NCBI GenBank assembly: GCA_043228905.1 | Contig: JBHGNT010000018.1 | Coordinates: 2,728,001 to 2,792,000, forward strand | Source: Azolla caroliniana | Lineage: Eukaryota; Plantae; Polypodiophyta | Length of the DNA: 64,000 nucleotides | Direction: 5' to 3' | In this document: positions 61,801-64,000 of the stretch, piece after piece | Position numbering within the stretch: the first letter of the stretch is position 1 | Layout of the letters: every line of letters begins with the position of its first letter | Translations under genes and position numbers: made by a program | Notes under the pieces: model-generated | What the model was told of the DNA's origin: nothing | The model's input: the letters and a program-made list of their open reading frames with translations, nothing else | The model's database searches: none

Positions 61801-64000
61801 CGGCGTCTTCGGCACAGTAAACTCGAGTCGGATTCCCTTCGAGCGACAGTACTCCTGGAACTGCCCCCGGTATTCCCCTCCGTTATCCGCTCGTATCGCT
61901 TTCAGCTTCTTGCCGGATTCTCTCTCCACTCTCGCGTGGAGGTCTTTGAAGACGCACAACACTTGGTCCTTTGTCTTCAACGGTGCTGTCCACAGCTTCC
62001 GGCTGTGGTCATCAATGAATGTCACGAAGTACTGGGCTCCGCCATGTGACTTCGTTTCTACTTGACACACATCCGTGTGCACCAACTCCAATGGTGCACT
62101 GCGTCTCGTCGGTGGCCTTGAGTGGAAGGAGGTTCGGTTCTGTTTACCGGCCAGGCAATCGGTGCACTTCTCCAGGTGCACATGCTTCACTGGGATAAGG
62201 TTGTCTTCTGCAAGCCTCTTCATCCCCTTCTCACTCATGTGGCACAGTCTTTTGTGCCACAGCTTACCGGCAGTGTCGGCTGCCACATTCAGCTCTTCCG
62301 GACATAACCAGGCATTCATCAGGTACAGTGTGTTGACCTTCCGGGCACGAGCCACTATCAAGCTCCCCTTGCTGAATTTCATGGCACCGTTCCGGATGCT
62401 ACCCGTGTAGCCTTCATCATCTAGCCTCCCGGCCGAAATCAGGTTCAGTCGGACCTCCGGAACGTGTCGAACATTCTTCAGCAGCATTTTGCATCCGGTC
62501 GGGGTTGTCAGCCACACGTCTCCTATGCCGGCAATCCGGCACGTACCTTCGTTTCCCATCCGGACACAGCCATGCTCGCCGGCTGTGTAGGATGAGAAGT
62601 ATCTTCTCTCCGGGGTCAGATGGAACGATGCTCCGGAATCGACCACCCAGGTCGTCTCATCGCCGGCAATGTTTAGTTCACCTTCTTCGGTGATGAGCAT
62701 GATCTCCTCTTCACTTGCCGCGAGTGCCGTCGTTCCTTTCCGGTCCTGTCCTCGCCGATCCGAACCATTTCGGTCCGTGGCTCCCCGGTATGCACCGTTT
62801 CTCTCCGGTGACTTCTTCGAATCGGTGTTGTCGGTTCCATTGTCCTTTCGGTAATGCCGACAATTCTTTCGGAAGTGCCCCGGCTTCCCACAGTGGAAGC
62901 ATGTGGGCCTTCCTCTTGACTGCGACCGGGTCCCCGACTTCTCCCGTCTTTGCGGACTCCGGTTCCATTGTCTTCCCCTATCCGATTCGGTAAACAGCAT
63001 CTTCGGGTCGGAGGTCGGTTCTTTATCTCTCCGACGCGCTTCTTCGTTCAAAATACTTGTCTTTACCGTTTGTAAGGACAAGTTATCTTCGGTGCAGGAG
63101 GTGCTGAGAGTCACCACCAAGTTCTCCCAGCTTTCCGGCAATGTACACATCAGGATGATGGCTTGCATTGCATCCTCCAACGGGAACTTGATCGCCGCAA
63201 GCTGATTCACGAATCCCATGAACGTGCTTACGTGTTCCACCATACTCTCGCCGTCCCGGTACTTGAGATTCACAATCTTCCTCATCAGGGAGGTCCGGTT
63301 CAACGCATTCTTCCTCTCGTAGAGGCCCGACAGCTTCTTCCACATTTCATATGCGTTGGTGTCGTTTGCCACATGTTGTAGGACGCTTACATCGACATAT
63401 TGTCGGATCGTCGCTACGGCTTTCCGGTTCAGGAGCTTCCACTCCGACTCAAGTACCCCCTTCGGTATTTCCGACCTGTCAATCGGTTCGTACAGGTCCC
63501 GAACAATCAGAAGATCCTCCATCTTGATCTTCCAGTCGGCGTAATTCTGTGCATTCAGCACCATCATCCCCGGCTGCCCGCTGCCGCCGCCTTCCATTTT
63601 CTGCAGCAGTTCGCTCTGATACCAGTTTGTAAGGAATCGACGCTTCGATTCACCTTCTTCTCTCGGCCACAACCGAGTAATCGCGGATCAATGCAGCAGA
63701 AAATAGGAACCACACGAGAAACAAAAGAAACGCGAGTACACAGGGATTAACGTGGAAAACCCTATACGGGAAAAAACCACGGGAGTGCGAGACTCCAAAC
63801 CAAACTATACAGAGAAGTATACAATGGCGAGCTGCAAGGCGACGACCTTGAGCTCGCTGTCCTCGCCACAGGCGGCGGAAATACACAGAGGCGTCTACCT
63901 CTTTCTCTCTCGCGCTCTATCTCTCTCTCTCTCTCACGGCTGCTCACACTTCACTCCTCTTGAGTGGAAAAACAGAAAAATGAGAAGCAACAGTAAAACT
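58900..64000 (-). mobile_element. Element K: intact Tnt1/Tork-like Copia (same family as I); 5' LTR runs off the window
   Basis: 3' LTR 58900-59513; 5' LTR from 63628; PBS Met-i 63613-63624; PPT next to 59514. Confidence 0.96.
59524..63597 (-). CDS. pol: K Gag-PR-INT-RT-RH polyprotein (1357 aa from the first ATG after the PBS)
   Basis: Uninterrupted ORF; CFHCGKPGHFRKNC, DSGAS, LWHKRLCH, DDE integrase, YVDDML, RNase H..SDMLTK. Confidence 0.96.
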   Translation of the reverse strand: MEGGGSGQPGMMVLNAQNYADWKIKMEDLLIVRDLYEPIDRSEIPKGVLESEWKLLNRKAVATIRQYVDVSVLQHVANDTNAYEMWKKLSGLYERKNALNRTSLMRKIVNLKYRDGESMVEHVSTFMGFVNQLAAIKFPLEDAMQAIILMCTLPESWENLVVTLSTSCTEDNLSLQTVKTSILNEEARRRDKEPTSDPKMLFTESDRGRQWNRSPQRREKSGTRSQSRGRPTCFHCGKPGHFRKNCRHYRKDNGTDNTDSKKSPERNGAYRGATDRNGSDRRGQDRKGTTALAASEEEIMLITEEGELNIAGDETTWVVDSGASFHLTPERRYFSSYTAGEHGCVRMGNEGTCRIAGIGDVWLTTPTGCKMLLKNVRHVPEVRLNLISAGRLDDEGYTGSIRNGAMKFSKGSLIVARARKVNTLYLMNAWLCPEELNVAADTAGKLWHKRLCHMSEKGMKRLAEDNLIPVKHVHLEKCTDCLAGKQNRTSFHSRPPTRRSAPLELVHTDVCQVETKSHGGAQYFVTFIDDHSRKLWTAPLKTKDQVLCVFKDLHARVERESGKKLKAIRADNGGEYRGQFQEYCRSKGIRLEFTVPKTPELNGLAERMNRTIMERVRSMLEHAKLPKGFWAEAMSTATYVINRSPSVPLDGDTPQKVWTGKEVSYRHLKVFGCLAYVHVAKDRRGKLDPKTRPCIFLGYGDDEFGYRVWDPVDKKIFRSRDIIFMEDKTLADWESEKKMKSSKSTSEDQLYEEQSRPARDRLALEDPAEDGEETEPAEEDENDTGTGPDPEMDSDEEESEEPVTEAPERRYPLRERRAPRRFPDPEHVLLTDEGEPESFEEAKHDTQSRRWLSAMQDEMDSLHENHTFELVELPKGKRALRNKWVFKLKPGDAGNPPRYKARIVVKGFQQKKGVDFDEIFAPVVKMTSIRTVLSIAASMDLEVEQMDVKTAFLHGDLEEEIYMQQPEGFEKKGKEHLVCRLKKSLYGLKQAPRQWYRKFDSFMTDEGYLKTQSDHCVFVKKFEGGDLLIILLYVDDMLIVGRDQVKIRMLKKALHRTFSMKDLGPARQILGMHIIRDRKKKQLWLSQEKYVTKVLHRFNMSEARPVGSTIPANCKLSSKQSPKTKAEKEDMMKVPYASAVGSLMYAMVCTRPDIGYAVGVVSRHMSNPGKEHWNAVKWILRYLKGTANVCLRFGSGKPELDGFTDSDMSADADTSRSTSGYVMTYAGGAVSWQSRLQKTVALSTTEAEYMAAVEAGKEIIWMKDFIRELGIQQEEYRLYCDSQSAIHLAKNAAYHSRTKHIQRRYHWIRERIEDKEFVLTKIHTDENGSDMLTKVLTPDKLEACRKRIGLERHPMPK

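Overview
This window holds no host gene. It is a nest of plant retrotransposons, probably from a non-seed plant such as a fern (inference from element types). Three groups dominate. (1) A Ty3/Gypsy family with a tRNA-Trp PBS, TGTCG..CGACA termini and a -1 frameshift after the protease: degraded copy A (898-29511), intact young copy D (21614-29006, identical LTRs), gag-only derivative H, and two further LTR ends. All five visible insertion flanks are 4-mers centred on CpG, and D has a confirmed 4-bp TSD, ACGT. (2) An Athila/Tat-like non-chromovirus family: B (5784-11862, pol deleted), C (12651-29267, minus strand) and G (45396-~53600, minus strand). Each carries a large conserved extra 3' ORF. 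None has a polypurine tract. In its place, 2 nt before the 3' LTR, sits a sense-strand copy of a tRNA 3' end ending in CCA, which suggests tRNA-primed plus-strand synthesis. This is the most notable candidate novel system. (3) Tnt1/Tork-like and other Copia elements (I near-intact, K intact, several fragments), plus LINE remnants. Nesting order is readable from target-site duplications: A is split by X, B and C; C is split by D; J by I; N by G; H by L; L by K. tRNA identities are from memory and were not verified by search.
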